In this document: one piece after another, positions 24,764-35,652 of the stretch
How the letters are laid out: each line of letters begins with the position of its first letter
Numbering within the stretch: the stretch's first letter is position 1
Source of the DNA: Marsupella aquatica
Taxonomy: Eukaryota; Plantae; Marchantiophyta
Reading direction: 5' to 3'
Length of the DNA stretch: 64,000 nt
NCBI GenBank assembly: GCA_973895155.1
Contig: OZ316897.1
Span: forward strand, 21,303,455-21,367,454
The notes under the pieces: generated by a model
Databases searched by the model: none
The model's input: the letters and a program-made list of their open reading frames with translations, nothing else
What the model was told of the DNA's origin: nothing
Program-made: the position numbers and the translations under genes

Positions 24764-27700
24764 TAGCTCCCCACTTAATTGTGAAGCGTCCTCGCGAACA
24801 ACTTCATCTTTGTCCATATAGTATTTCTTGAGGCGGTCATAATGGATGCGAACTGGATATACCTCTCCCGTAATGTTGGCCAATTGCACGGAGCCATTGG
24901 GGAACATCATGGTTACTCTAAAGGGTCCTAACCAGCGAGTGTAAAGCTTTCCTGGAAACCTATTATACCTACTGTCATAAAGTAGCACAAGATCACCGGT
25001 ATGAATACTAACTACTTTTAACCTTTTATCATACTGCTGCTTCATGATATTCTGTCTATATTCTACTCTCTCGGCTGAAATCATTCTCGCTTCCTCTAAA
25101 GCTTCTAACCTATATTCTCGCTCCTTTAGGCTCTCCTCCGCTGAGGCTCTTTCCTCAATTGTAACTTGAAATGTCGGTATCTCAAGTTGCATGGGTACCA
25201 GGGCTTCTTGTCCAAAGGTTAAGAAGAAGGGTGTATGACCGGTAGTGGATTTATAGGCAAGATTGTAAGCAAAAACAGCAGCAAACAATTTATCATCCCA
25301 ATCGAGTTTGTTCTGAGCTACTATCTTGTTCAATATCTTTCCTATGATCCCGTTTGCTCGTTCTGTCAACCCGTTTGCCTTTGGATGGTAGGGAGTAGTA
25401 GGCCTATGTTTAACTAAATACTGCTCATTTAAACGACTAATTATATCATTCAAAAAATGGGTTCCTCTATCACTAACTAATTCTAGGGGTGCTCCATACC
25501 TGGTGAAGATCTGCTCATACATGAATCTAGCCGTAGTAATTGCATCATCCTTCGTTGTTGGTCTGGCCTCTACCCATTTAGTTGCATAATCCGTAGCCAG
25601 GATTATGTACTTGTTCCGTCGAGGGTGGGTCAGTGGTTTCAGAGGTCCAATGTAATCAATACCCCACTTCTCGAATGGTGCCAGAGGTAGAATAGGGTGC
25701 AGTGGATGCCTGGTGGACGCCCTTGGTCCTCCCGCTCGTTGACAAGGATCGCATTGTTTGATAAACTGATAGACATCTTTGTGCAAGGTGGGCCACCAGT
25801 AACCGGCATTTAATATCTTCTTAGACGTGGTTACTGGGGCAAAATATCCTCCGGCCTCCTCTCCATGCATGGCCCGTAGGACTCGTTTTACCTCTCTCTT
25901 TTCCAAACACCTTTGAATCGTGCCGTTGATTCCATGCTTGTGCAGTATGCCTTTAATGCACTGATACTGTCTGACCTTCCGCACAAAGACTGCGGCTTGC
26001 TCTCGGCTTAATCCTGGCTGTAATCTGGAAGTGCTGAGAAATTGTAAAATCTCAGGGTACCATGTACCAGCTATCTCCACAACGAATAGCTCCTCGTCGG
26101 GGAATCGATCATCGATGCAATCCGTGGCAGGTTTACCTGTGATCCTTGAAAAGAAGTCGGCATTGGCATGTAACTTTCCCGGCTTGATCCTCAGCTCATA
26201 GTCAAACTCCTGTAATAGCAAAATCCATCTTGCTACTCTGCCTGTAAGGTCCGGCTTATTGACTAGGTACTTCAAACTTTCATGATCAGTATGAAAGATT
26301 ACCTTGTACCCTAGTAAATAATGCCTAAACTTTTTACAAGAATAAATGACTCCTAATGCTTCTCTTTCCGTGGTAGAGTAGTTCCGTTCGGCATCGGCAA
26401 GCTGACGGCTTGCGAAGTATATGGGATGGTCCCTTCCTTTCTCATCCAACTGACTTAGTACTGAGCCAATACAGAAGCCCGAGACATCTACAAAAACATG
26501 AAAATCTTTGTTCCAGTCCGGTGCTATCATGACTGGGGCCTCTACTAACATCTGCTTCAATTCTACCACCGCTGTGACTCGTTCGGGTGTGGGTTCGAAG
26601 TCTGCTCCTGCCTTGAGCATATTGGTTAATGGTAAAGCTAGCTTGGCAAAATCCTTGATGAACCGGCGATAGTAACCAATGCATCCCAAGAAGGATCTTA
26701 CATCCTTTATGTTCTTAGGTTGCATGATATCTAGCCATACTGCTAGCTTACCTTTGTCAATCTCAATGCCCTTCCTTGATACCTTGTGACCTAGTAGCAC
26801 CCCCTCGGTTACTGCAAAAAAACATTTATCTGGGTGTAACTTGAGACCCACCTCTCTACATCTCATGAAGGTTTTCCTGAGGTATTTAGCATGTTTCGAT
26901 GCCTTCCCGAATACTGCAAAGTCATCAATGAAGATTTCCATGAACTTTCTCAAGTAATCATGAAAAATGTTCACCATTAATCGTTGGAACATAGCTGGTG
27001 CGTTGCAGAGTCCAAACGGCATACGATTGAAGACATAGATCCCCCATTCCGTGATGAAGGCCGTCTTGATTTGGTCTTCCTGCCGAATCCTGATTTGGTT
27101 ATAACCAGAGTATCCATCCATGAATGAATATAGTTCATGACTGGCTACCATGTCTAGTACCATATCAGTAAACGGTAAAGGAAAATGGTCTTTTAATGTT
27201 GCTTCATTCAGCTTCCTGTAATCCTGACAAACCCGGATCTTGGGTTTACCATCGGGTCCAGCTTTCTTGGGAACTATCACAATTGGAGACACCCAGTCTG
27301 AATGCAGGACTGGAGTGATGAATCCAGCTTCCACTAGTTTGTCGATTTCTGTTTTGACCAGCAGGGAATACTTCGGGTTCATCCTTCGAATTGGTTGTCG
27401 AAATGATTTGGCTCCTAACATGAGATCAATTCGATGTTCCCCTAGTGTTGGATCTACTCCCTTCAGATCTTGGTGACTCCATGCAAACACATCCTGAAAT
27501 TCAATCAATAAGTCACTGATCTCTTTCTCGAGCTCCGGTGCTAGGTTTCTCCCTAAGTTCAGTTCTCTTCCCTCTCCTAAGTCGAGCTTCCGATATTGCC
27601 GTGCTTGGATCATATTAATCTGCTTCTTCAAATTCGGGTCCAGTTCGGCTTCCAGTCTCTCTAATCTCATACCTCCATAAACTGGGATCTCGGCTGGACT

Positions 27701-28018
27701 AGCCGAGTCGGTCCCTTCCTTGGTGTCCATAGATTGTCCCCTTACCGGTCTATTCGGTTTTGAATTAGTGGTCGGCTCCCCTTCCTGCCTTGGCTCTAGA
27801 TCGTGTCTGTCCATCTCATCCACCTCTTGCTCCTGAGAGTTAGGCCGCTGTGCTCTCTCGGCTTCTAATAGGGCCTCAATTTGTTCTGCCCTCGTAATCG
27901 GCTTGTATGCCGATCCCTTGGTATTTAATTCCTTGCCGATGATCGATGGCGTTGTGGACCCCGTCGGCTCTGCCACAACGCCTGCAGAAAATCCACTGTC
28001 CCTGCTACTGCTCCCCAC
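24752..28018 (-). CDS. Pol (RT, RNase H, integrase) of gypsy-2
   Basis: FMDGYSGYNQI, FIDDF, FVDVSG, GIDYIG, SDRG, TERANG. In the -1 frame relative to gag-PR. The second His of the IN zinc finger reads Tyr. Confidence 0.93.
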   Translation of the reverse strand: MGSSSRDSGFSAGVVAEPTGSTTPSIIGKELNTKGSAYKPITRAEQIEALLEAERAQRPNSQEQEVDEMDRHDLEPRQEGEPTTNSKPNRPVRGQSMDTKEGTDSASPAEIPVYGGMRLERLEAELDPNLKKQINMIQARQYRKLDLGEGRELNLGRNLAPELEKEISDLLIEFQDVFAWSHQDLKGVDPTLGEHRIDLMLGAKSFRQPIRRMNPKYSLLVKTEIDKLVEAGFITPVLHSDWVSPIVIVPKKAGPDGKPKIRVCQDYRKLNEATLKDHFPLPFTDMVLDMVASHELYSFMDGYSGYNQIRIRQEDQIKTAFITEWGIYVFNRMPFGLCNAPAMFQRLMVNIFHDYLRKFMEIFIDDFAVFGKASKHAKYLRKTFMRCREVGLKLHPDKCFFAVTEGVLLGHKVSRKGIEIDKGKLAVWLDIMQPKNIKDVRSFLGCIGYYRRFIKDFAKLALPLTNMLKAGADFEPTPERVTAVVELKQMLVEAPVMIAPDWNKDFHVFVDVSGFCIGSVLSQLDEKGRDHPIYFASRQLADAERNYSTTEREALGVIYSCKKFRHYLLGYKVIFHTDHESLKYLVNKPDLTGRVARWILLLQEFDYELRIKPGKLHANADFFSRITGKPATDCIDDRFPDEELFVVEIAGTWYPEILQFLSTSRLQPGLSREQAAVFVRKVRQYQCIKGILHKHGINGTIQRCLEKREVKRVLRAMHGEEAGGYFAPVTTSKKILNAGYWWPTLHKDVYQFIKQCDPCQRAGGPRASTRHPLHPILPLAPFEKWGIDYIGPLKPLTHPRRNKYIILATDYATKWVEARPTTKDDAITTARFMYEQIFTRYGAPLELVSDRGTHFLNDIISRLNEQYLVKHRPTTPYHPKANGLTERANGIIGKILNKIVAQNKLDWDDKLFAAVFAYNLAYKSTTGHTPFFLTFGQEALVPMQLEIPTFQVTIEERASAEESLKEREYRLEALEEARMISAERVEYRQNIMKQQYDKRLKVVSIHTGDLVLLYDSRYNRFPGKLYTRWLGPFRVTMMFPNGSVQLANITGEVYPVRIHYDRLKKYYMDKDEVVREDASQLSGELCDA

Positions 28019-30918
28019 TTAGCCGTTTCATCCAATTGGTCTACATCCTTTACTTCCTCCGGAATTGCAGCTAAAAAGGTGGATTCTATTGTAAAGCAGT
28101 CCTCGACCTCTTCGTCTTCTTCTTCCAAGTCACCTTCCATTGGTTCTTGCCATAATCCGCTGGGGGGTACCTCTGGTCCAAAGACACCTTCTTCGGTTAG
28201 GTTAGTGAGGCATTCTAACCAACGTACTTCATCGGCTGACTCCAGTCCACTATCGTACCCATCTACTTCCCTTATGCTTTTCCTACGGTCATCCTTAGTG
28301 TCCCAGGATACCGTGATAGAGGGGGTCCCGAAAGTGAACTGCTTTTTACCCCAATCTTCTATTACCTCGGCTAGGTACAGCCATGGCCTACCAATCAATA
28401 GCCAGAAGGACGTAGGATTTACCGGCTTCATTACTACATAGTTAATGCTAAAGAAGATACCTCCTATCTCTGTCTTGATGCCGGTTAACACTCCCGTCGG
28501 AATGACCTGATATCCATTGGCCATGTTCAACACTCTTCCAGTCATCTCCGGTGTTAGACCCCACCCTTTTGCTGTTGAATCAATCATAATACATACCCCT
28601 GATCCTCCATCGATGGGTACCCGTAGTAATAATTCTCCTTGAATCATTAATGGTAATGCTGGGGCTCCTTGATCTTCTTCTATCATTAGTACGTCGGATC
28701 TGGTTGCTACCTTGGGTAATCTCGGCTTGCCGAGAATAGCCTTCCTTAATTGCTTCCGGAAGTACGGGCTATTTTTCAATAGTTGACCTACTGTTGCCGA
28801 GACTCTAGATTCTAGTACATCTTTAGCCAGGTCATAGGGAACAATCGGCTTCTCTTCTGGTGGTGTTTCCGTCTTGGATTCGGCCAGTTTTGCCACGCTA
28901 GTCTCCACAGCTGTTGGGTCTTCCGAAGCAAACAATGCTTTTGCTCGTTTTACATCCTTGGCAATGGCTTCGGTATTCTCCAGGGTTTCTAATTCTCTTA
29001 GTTGTTCCTTAACACTAGCCGTAACAGAGGGGTAGAACAACTTAGGATGATCTCGATTGAAGTCGCTATCTTGTGAAGGATTGGTTTCACTGGTGGGCTC
29101 ATGGCTTACCTGTATTGCCGGAGCCCTCCCTTCTCCTTCTGTTGATGTTGACGAAGAGTCGATCCTTTCCTCCGTAACCTTCCCTTTATTTTTGGCCAGC
29201 CCATCCCACCTTTCCTTCCTTCTGGTAGATCGAGTAGAGACCCGGTAGCAATCATGATCTAAATCCTCCTCTGAGAAGGTTGATAGGGCTTCGGCCTCAT
29301 CATCAGATGGTACGAACTCTGCCTCGGCATCCTCTTGCCATCCTAGTTCGATGTGGTTGATTTGAACTCCTCCGGGGGTAGTACCTGGCGGTAAGATCTT
29401 GATCGGCAAAAGCTTATGATTTGCGGCCAGGCCTGCCAACCAAGTAGGACATTGCCCTAGCATATGACCTTCCTGTCGGCATCCCATACATAGCTGAGCT
29501 GGTTGTCCATCACCCTGTTTGCGTGCATTCGGGCATTCTCTAGCAAAATGGCCAGGTTGACCACAATTATAGCACGCCGCAAATCTTTGCACATTCGGCC
29601 TAGGAGGTACTGACGGGTTCTGAATAATCCGAGGATACATCTCTCCTGGATTGTTCCTTAACCCTGACCACAGAGATGCAGGTCTGTTGGATAGGTCTCG
29701 TGCTCCAGTCTCACTGATGCCGAAAACACTATCAGCGGCATCTCCCAAAAAGTACTCTACTTCTCCCTGACATGGTCTGATCTCGGCCACATGCCGAACA
29801 TGATTAGTATTAAGCTTAGGACACGCATCTTTATGGTGTCCGGTTTTATAACATAAGGCACACCATACAGAGCTATCCTCCTGTACTACCTTCTTCTTTG
29901 GTTTTACCTCTGCAATGATAGCCTTAAGTTGCTCGGTAAGGGCTACGATGTTATCTGGTGGCTTAGCCTCCATCTTGACTTTCGTCTTCCCTCTCCTTCT
30001 GCCCTTCCTTTTCCTAGTTTTTTCTTCTTCAGAACTAGAAGATGACTCACTCTTGCTACTCCCACTATCCGAGCTTGACTTATCACTTCTAGACTTCTTG
30101 GAATGTTTCTTCTTCTTATCTTTTTTCTTATGGGGTGATCCCTCCTCTGATGAGGAACTCTCAGACTTAAGCTGTTTCTTCCGGCTTGTGATATCTGCAT
30201 TAATGTATAATTGAATATCCTTAATTGCTTCGGCTAAAGTCTCCGGGTTCTCCTTCCTAATTGCAAAACTCATCTTCTGTGGCAAGGCATTCACTAACCA
30301 TTGAAGTTGCATACCTTCAGATGCATTGGTCTTTGTACGTCTTACCAGTTTCTGAAAGCGTTGCAAGAACTTCCTGAAGGATTTGTTCTCCTTGAACCGA
30401 AGTTGTCCCAACTTCAGCACTGCTAGTTCTGAAGTTCCAATGGGTCGAAACTCCTTAACAAAGAGTGTTTTGAAGATATCCCAGATGGCTTGATCTTCCA
30501 CATCTAATGCTCTGTACCAAGGCCTAGCCTCACCCTTGAACAGGCCGGGAAGAATCTGCATCTTGATGGCCGATTCTCCATTTGCTGCAGCGGTTCCCTT
30601 GAAATCATCCAACCATTCGTCCGGATCCTCATCTCCTCTCCCATGAAATGCTTTGTAATGTATGCGTGACCGCTGGCTCAATCTGGTCCCTGGCCTCTCG
30701 TCTGGCCGTGCCTCTGGTTCCCCCATGTCGGTTGGAGACTCACTTCTCCTTACCGACTCTTCTTCTGGTATGTCTTCTTCGACGCCACTTCCAGTTTCGG
30801 AGCTACCAGCTCTTTCTGCCCCTCTCAGTCGCTGTGTATCATGCCACCCGGCGAGCTGCTGCAGTCGAGCTCTCTCCCGTTGAATCACTCTTTCTTCCCT
30901 CGGCGTAAGGTCAGTCAT
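27925..30918 (-). CDS. Gag-protease of gypsy-2
   Basis: 997-aa ORF with gag core, three CCHC knuckles and PR VPIDGGSG...LLIGRPW; colinear with gypsy-1. Confidence 0.93.
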   Translation of the reverse strand: MTDLTPREERVIQRERARLQQLAGWHDTQRLRGAERAGSSETGSGVEEDIPEEESVRRSESPTDMGEPEARPDERPGTRLSQRSRIHYKAFHGRGDEDPDEWLDDFKGTAAANGESAIKMQILPGLFKGEARPWYRALDVEDQAIWDIFKTLFVKEFRPIGTSELAVLKLGQLRFKENKSFRKFLQRFQKLVRRTKTNASEGMQLQWLVNALPQKMSFAIRKENPETLAEAIKDIQLYINADITSRKKQLKSESSSSEEGSPHKKKDKKKKHSKKSRSDKSSSDSGSSKSESSSSSEEEKTRKRKGRRRGKTKVKMEAKPPDNIVALTEQLKAIIAEVKPKKKVVQEDSSVWCALCYKTGHHKDACPKLNTNHVRHVAEIRPCQGEVEYFLGDAADSVFGISETGARDLSNRPASLWSGLRNNPGEMYPRIIQNPSVPPRPNVQRFAACYNCGQPGHFARECPNARKQGDGQPAQLCMGCRQEGHMLGQCPTWLAGLAANHKLLPIKILPPGTTPGGVQINHIELGWQEDAEAEFVPSDDEAEALSTFSEEDLDHDCYRVSTRSTRRKERWDGLAKNKGKVTEERIDSSSTSTEGEGRAPAIQVSHEPTSETNPSQDSDFNRDHPKLFYPSVTASVKEQLRELETLENTEAIAKDVKRAKALFASEDPTAVETSVAKLAESKTETPPEEKPIVPYDLAKDVLESRVSATVGQLLKNSPYFRKQLRKAILGKPRLPKVATRSDVLMIEEDQGAPALPLMIQGELLLRVPIDGGSGVCIMIDSTAKGWGLTPEMTGRVLNMANGYQVIPTGVLTGIKTEIGGIFFSINYVVMKPVNPTSFWLLIGRPWLYLAEVIEDWGKKQFTFGTPSITVSWDTKDDRRKSIREVDGYDSGLESADEVRWLECLTNLTEEGVFGPEVPPSGLWQEPMEGDLEEEDEEVEDCFTIESTFLAAIPEEVKDVDQLDETAKWGAVAGTVDFLQALWQSRRGPQRHRSSARN
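27935..27994 (-). promoter_or_regulatory. Putative -1 programmed ribosomal frameshift signal
   Basis: G_GAT_TTT in the gag frame, 5-nt spacer, perfect 10-bp stem GGCGTTGTGG/CCACAACGCC, and loop GCCGA complementary to downstream TCGGC. Confidence 0.75.
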
Positions 30919-30965
30919 TACCTACGCTTCCGTTCTAACTTCATATCTCACGGCTTAAGAAATGC

Positions 30966-30983
30966 CCCCTCCATCTAGCGCCA
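30966..30983 (-). promoter_or_regulatory. Primer binding site, tRNA-Asn type
   Basis: TGGCGCTAGATGGAGGGG, 4 nt after the 5' LTR; close to the complement of the plant tRNA-Asn 3' end (..CCCTCCTTCTAGCGCCA). Confidence 0.75.
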
Positions 30984-30987
30984 AAAA

Positions 30988-33900
30988 TGTGGTGCGTCCC
31001 ATGGCTCCCTAAACCCAAGAAACCCCCCAGCTCAAGCCGATTCCCGCAGGTTTCGTGCTTGGCGAGGCCGTTTCCGCGGCTTAGCGGCATGGGACGCTGC
31101 TAACCTTCTACTACTACTATTAACATTTTACACACATATACTGGACAGATCCTTCATCGGGTCATGAGATACGTAGCCGGCCTAATATAGGCCTTCCCTT
31201 GTCTTCCCCTGTCTTCCCCTCCGTCTTGTTAGGTATGTTTGGATTCCGCCGCCGGAATGATCCCCAATAGGCTTGGTTAAGCCGCTAAGACCTCTCTCAG
31301 CTCGACACATCCAACTATCACTCCCCTGCTTACTTTCCTTCCTTCTGTTGATGTGGGCACTCTTCACACAAGTTAATGCGACACACAAATAGCAAAATGA
31401 CTCATTCTGACTGAGTCATACCATGCACTTGCCATACAAACAGTACATCTCATACACAAGTTCTGCGAACTAAGCCGTGAGGCCAACTCTATTCAGCTCT
31501 TAGGCATGAGGAAACATGAATATACACAAGGGTCACTGTATGACTAACCGAGAGCTTCTCGTACTACTTGATCCCAGCCCGGCTGGTGCAAACTAAAAAC
31601 TTGCTAAAGAAGAGGCCCTGAGCTCCCCGCTGCCCAGGTACTTATCCTGGTAGTGGATCCGCCATTCTTTGCATCGTAAGCCTAATCTACCTGACAGTAA
31701 TCTACTTGCCCGAATCTACCTATGTACAGCAAGGCAGGAGCACAAGTGTTGCTCCTACCACTGGAACCGCAATCCCACTAAGCTAAGTGTCAGGGCCGCT
31801 CCTGGTTCTGATCCTAATCCTAAACGTGGAGATCCGCGCCCGCCCTGCCCACTCACGCCTCCTCCCTCCACGTCCGCCCTCCCTAAAAGGAACGGCGCCC
31901 TTGCACCATCACGACACCGGTGGTGGATCCTCAATGGACGCCCCCAACACTTCCTCCTCAGCCACTGCCGTTGGCCCGCCTACTGACAGATTACCTGCCC
32001 TTGACCGAGTCAACTTTCCATCGGCCTGACTGGGTCCACCTTCGGCTTCAGCCTCGACACCGGCCTCGGCAATACCCACGGCTTCGGCCTCAGCCACTCC
32101 CACGGCTTCGGCTTCAGCCACTCCCTCGGCTTCGGCCTCCCCTTCCCCTAGGGTAGTTGGATCCTTAGCCGTGACCCTGTCTGGGGTCGGTGCTGGGTCT
32201 ACCTCCTTGATCACCATGGCCTGTGAAGTCGTATTACTCCTTGACCCTGGAGGTTTCCGCTTCTTCTTCGTTGGTGGCTCGGCAGCTGGTCCCTTCCCCT
32301 TCCCACTTATTTCCGGCACTGGTGCATTTGACGCGGCTTGTCCTTCGGCAATTACCACCCCTGGTAACTGGTTTGTCCCAACGGGAGATGGACCTGCTGC
32401 AGCTAAGCATTTAAATACTGCGGCTTGTTTCTTCAGCCGCTCTGTTTGGTTGTCGGCCCGCCGCTGTAGGTTCTCCATCTTCCTCGTGATTTCCTCCAAC
32501 TCCTCTTGGGTTTCATCCAGGTCCTTACGTGCCCCCTCCAGCTCGTTTTTGGCCTCCTCCTGCTCCCTGTGGGCTTCCTCCAATTCCTTCTTCAAGGTAG
32601 CCCTCTCCTCCTGGGTTGCTCTTAGCTCCTTGTCGAGCTCTGCAATGATGACAGACTCCATCTGGTTCATCTTGGCGTAAGTCTGTTCGAGCATCTCGTC
32701 CTTCTCCCTTAGGTCGGCCTTGAAGCTGGCCGTCAGGGACGCAAGCTCCTGCTGCAGCGCCATAATCCCTTGATAGGATTTCCCTAACTCGACCTCCTTC
32801 TGCTCAAGGGCTCCGCGGATTTTCTCGAGCTCCCCTTTCAACGCCCATTCCTTTCTTTGGGTCTCCGCCATGGCCCGGCTGTTGGCTGTTATGTGGGCCT
32901 CCTCTGTATTCTTCAGCTCTTGCTTCCACTTCTCCCTCTCTTTGATCGTGTCGGCCAACTCTTCCTGCGTCTGAGTCAGTTTATCCTTGATATTCTGATT
33001 ATCAGCCTGCGCGGCGTCCAACTGCCCCTGCATGATGTTCAGCTCATGTCGTTTAATCCGCAGTTCATCTTGGGCTCTCTTGGCCGCCCTTAGATCTTCA
33101 ATCTCGGCTTCCATCCTCCTAAGCCGCCGAATGACCTCGTCCTTCTTGCTTCTCTCTAAAGCCACCGCTTCTTCTAATTGGTGCTTCTCCAACTGCTCCC
33201 TATGAAAAAAGGGTCCTACCTCCAACTCCTCTCCAAAGATGCCGAGCGCAAGTTCCCCACACATCTCACCATACTCCATGGCTCTATTCTTAGTGTAGGT
33301 GGAGTAAGTAGAAGTGATCGGCATCGCCCATCGTGGCCTCTGCTCCCATGCCGTCCTGCGGATCTCTTCAATCGTGGCTAGAGGTTTGCTTCCTTTTTCG
33401 GCTAGCCGCCTGATGTCCTCCGGCCAATCTCCTCCTGGTAAATCCTTTTCCTTAGCCAGGGCGGCCTCTTCCTCCTGCTTGATTCGCTCCTGAAATTCCT
33501 GCACCGTCTGTTTTATGCCGTCGAAGCTCGGGGGAGCAACATCTGGTGGGGGAGACTCAGGGCTACTCTGCTGGTTGGGGTCCCCTCGCACTACCCTTGG
33601 AAGTGTGGGGACAAACCGGCCACAGGTCCTTACTCCTGGAACGTGATGGTCCGACCCATAGCCGGAATTATCATGGCTGCAGTCCTCCACTGCCTCCTCT
33701 ACTTCTTGGACGTCCGGCTTCTCCCTCTCCTCTTCCTCGGTAGGAGCTTTAGGCAATTCTGCCTCAGATTTGGAGCTTGAGGTTCCCACGTACATTCGAA
33801 CACCTGGCTTGGATTCCGGCCTGATTCTCTTCTTGTCTCCAGCAAAGGGGTTTTCTCTTGTGAGCCGGTGTAGGCCTACCTCTGTAGTAGTGTCCTGCAT

Positions 33901-35647
33901 TGTTGCCGTTGCCGTTGTTGTTGCCGATGCCGATTTCTTTTCTTTCTCCAGTAGTTTCAGCAGACTCTGCATGCCTGGTTGCTGCATCGGCAAGTCTTCC
34001 TTCCTGGGCCTAAACACCTGCTCGATCGTAGGACTAACAGGTGGTTGAGGCTTCTCAGCCAACGGCCTCGGCGTTGGAGCTTCCTCGGGTGCCCTTACCT
34101 GCAGGGGAAGTACCGGGGCAAAAGTCTGACCTCTGGCATACCGGCACAACAGCGGCATGTGATAGCCAAGCCGCGACACGCTTCCCATGCCGATTACCTG
34201 CTGCTCCTCCTTTAAGATCTTCTTCAATTGGTTGAGGAGGTACCCGTTGTAGTCCCGGCTTGGGTCTGGCCTTTCTGCCAGATAGACCTATGCTTTGCCG
34301 ATCTCTGCCCTCGGCAAGTTACAATGCATGGTCACCCGCAAGAAGTCGATCATCTCTCCTATGTGCGGGTTGGTGCAGGTGTTCCGGAAGAAGCCATTCT
34401 TCGTTGATGGCCCGGGGAACGACCGGAACTCCTTGTCAGGCAAGGTCTTCCTGGTATCAACTTTGGTCTTATTGCCTATCGGCAAGCCAAACACTTCGGC
34501 AATTACCTTGGGAGTAAGATAGAAATCCTTCCCATATATCCTCGTGCAATTGGTCTCGGGTTCCCATGACCCCACGAATTCTAATAGGTCTGACTCCGGT
34601 ACCTCCGGCTTCAGCCATGGTAATCTTACAAAGGCCTCCAAGCCGGATCCGGCCATGAAGCCTTGGTACTTCTTGGTCTGCATGGCCGTAAAGCATGCAT
34701 CCTCCTCCCGTGCAAAATGTAGTTGCACCTCCACCGGTAGGGTTGCCGCCCAGCCCTTCCAGGTGTCATCCCTGGTTGGAATGGCCTTGATGGGATCGAC
34801 CTCCTCCTCTTCGGCTTCTCCCTGCCCCTTGCTCTGCTACTCGGCTGGCTTCTTTGGTGCCGCCGACCTCGTTCTTTTTGCCGGGGTGGCTTCATCGTTG
34901 ACGGCCCCCTTCCTCTTCATCTCTGCTGCCGTGGAGGTTTCTCCTAGCACCGTTGCCTGGGTCCACCTTTCCGTGCTACCCTTTAATTCCCAGTGTATGT
35001 CATTGCAGTTCTTGATGGCCTCTCGGATGCCGACGACGCTGTCTTTGCAAAACAGAAGATCGTCGAGTTGATTGGAAGTAGGCGTCCACAGGAACTCGTC
35101 CTTGATGAGTTCGCCTCCTAAGAAAGCCGTCTTGTGCAGCTCCCACAATCGAGCGAGCTCCTGCCGTTCTCGAGCTGCCCTTTCTGACTCCTCGTCCTCG
35201 TAAGTCTTGATGTACTCAGTTGCCCGTTCGAACAGGCATCCCCAGAAATGTGCCGCTTGATTGACGTTGCTCATACCCTCCTTAGGTCGATCGTCGGTAT
35301 CTACTCTCTCCCCGAGTGCTTGCCTAAGCAGCTGACAGTAGTTGGCCTCCCGTAGTCGTCTGCCTAGTTTGTGCTCGCAAATGAGCCACCATCTCCTGCA
35401 AGCGCTCCTTACCCCTCTCCTCTGCCGGTCCTTCTTCCCGTTGATCCTTCCTAGCCGCCGACGCTTAACGCGCCCTAACCCTAATCGGGTTTTCACCCTC
35501 AGCCTTACCTCCGGCCTCTGCCCGGGTTCCATGGTTGCCCCTAATTGTTTATATTTTCCTTGTTTTGTCACTATACTAAGGTGTTCCTAGGGTGCCTTCC
35601 TGCTTTACCCACTTAACCGGCCGAGTGATTCCTGTCTAGGCATCACA
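30988..35647 (-). repeat. 5' LTR of gypsy-2
   Basis: TGTGATG...CACCACA on the minus strand; near-identical to 20104-24763. Confidence 0.95.
31909..35571 (-). pseudogene. LTR-encoded accessory protein, 5' LTR copy (two CAG>TAG stops at 34837-34839 and 34288-34290)
   Basis: Three in-frame ORF pieces matching 21025-24687. Confidence 0.85.
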
Positions 35648-35652
35648 ATCCC

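Larger units (their letters stand above)
20104..35647 (-). mobile_element. Ty3/gypsy LTR retrotransposon (gypsy-2), 15.5 kb, with 4660-bp gene-bearing LTRs
   Basis: Near-identical repeats at 20104-24763 and 30988-35647 (offset 10884), TSD ATCCC on both sides, PBS, PPT, and gag-PR and RT-RH-IN ORFs on the minus strand. Confidence 0.95.
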
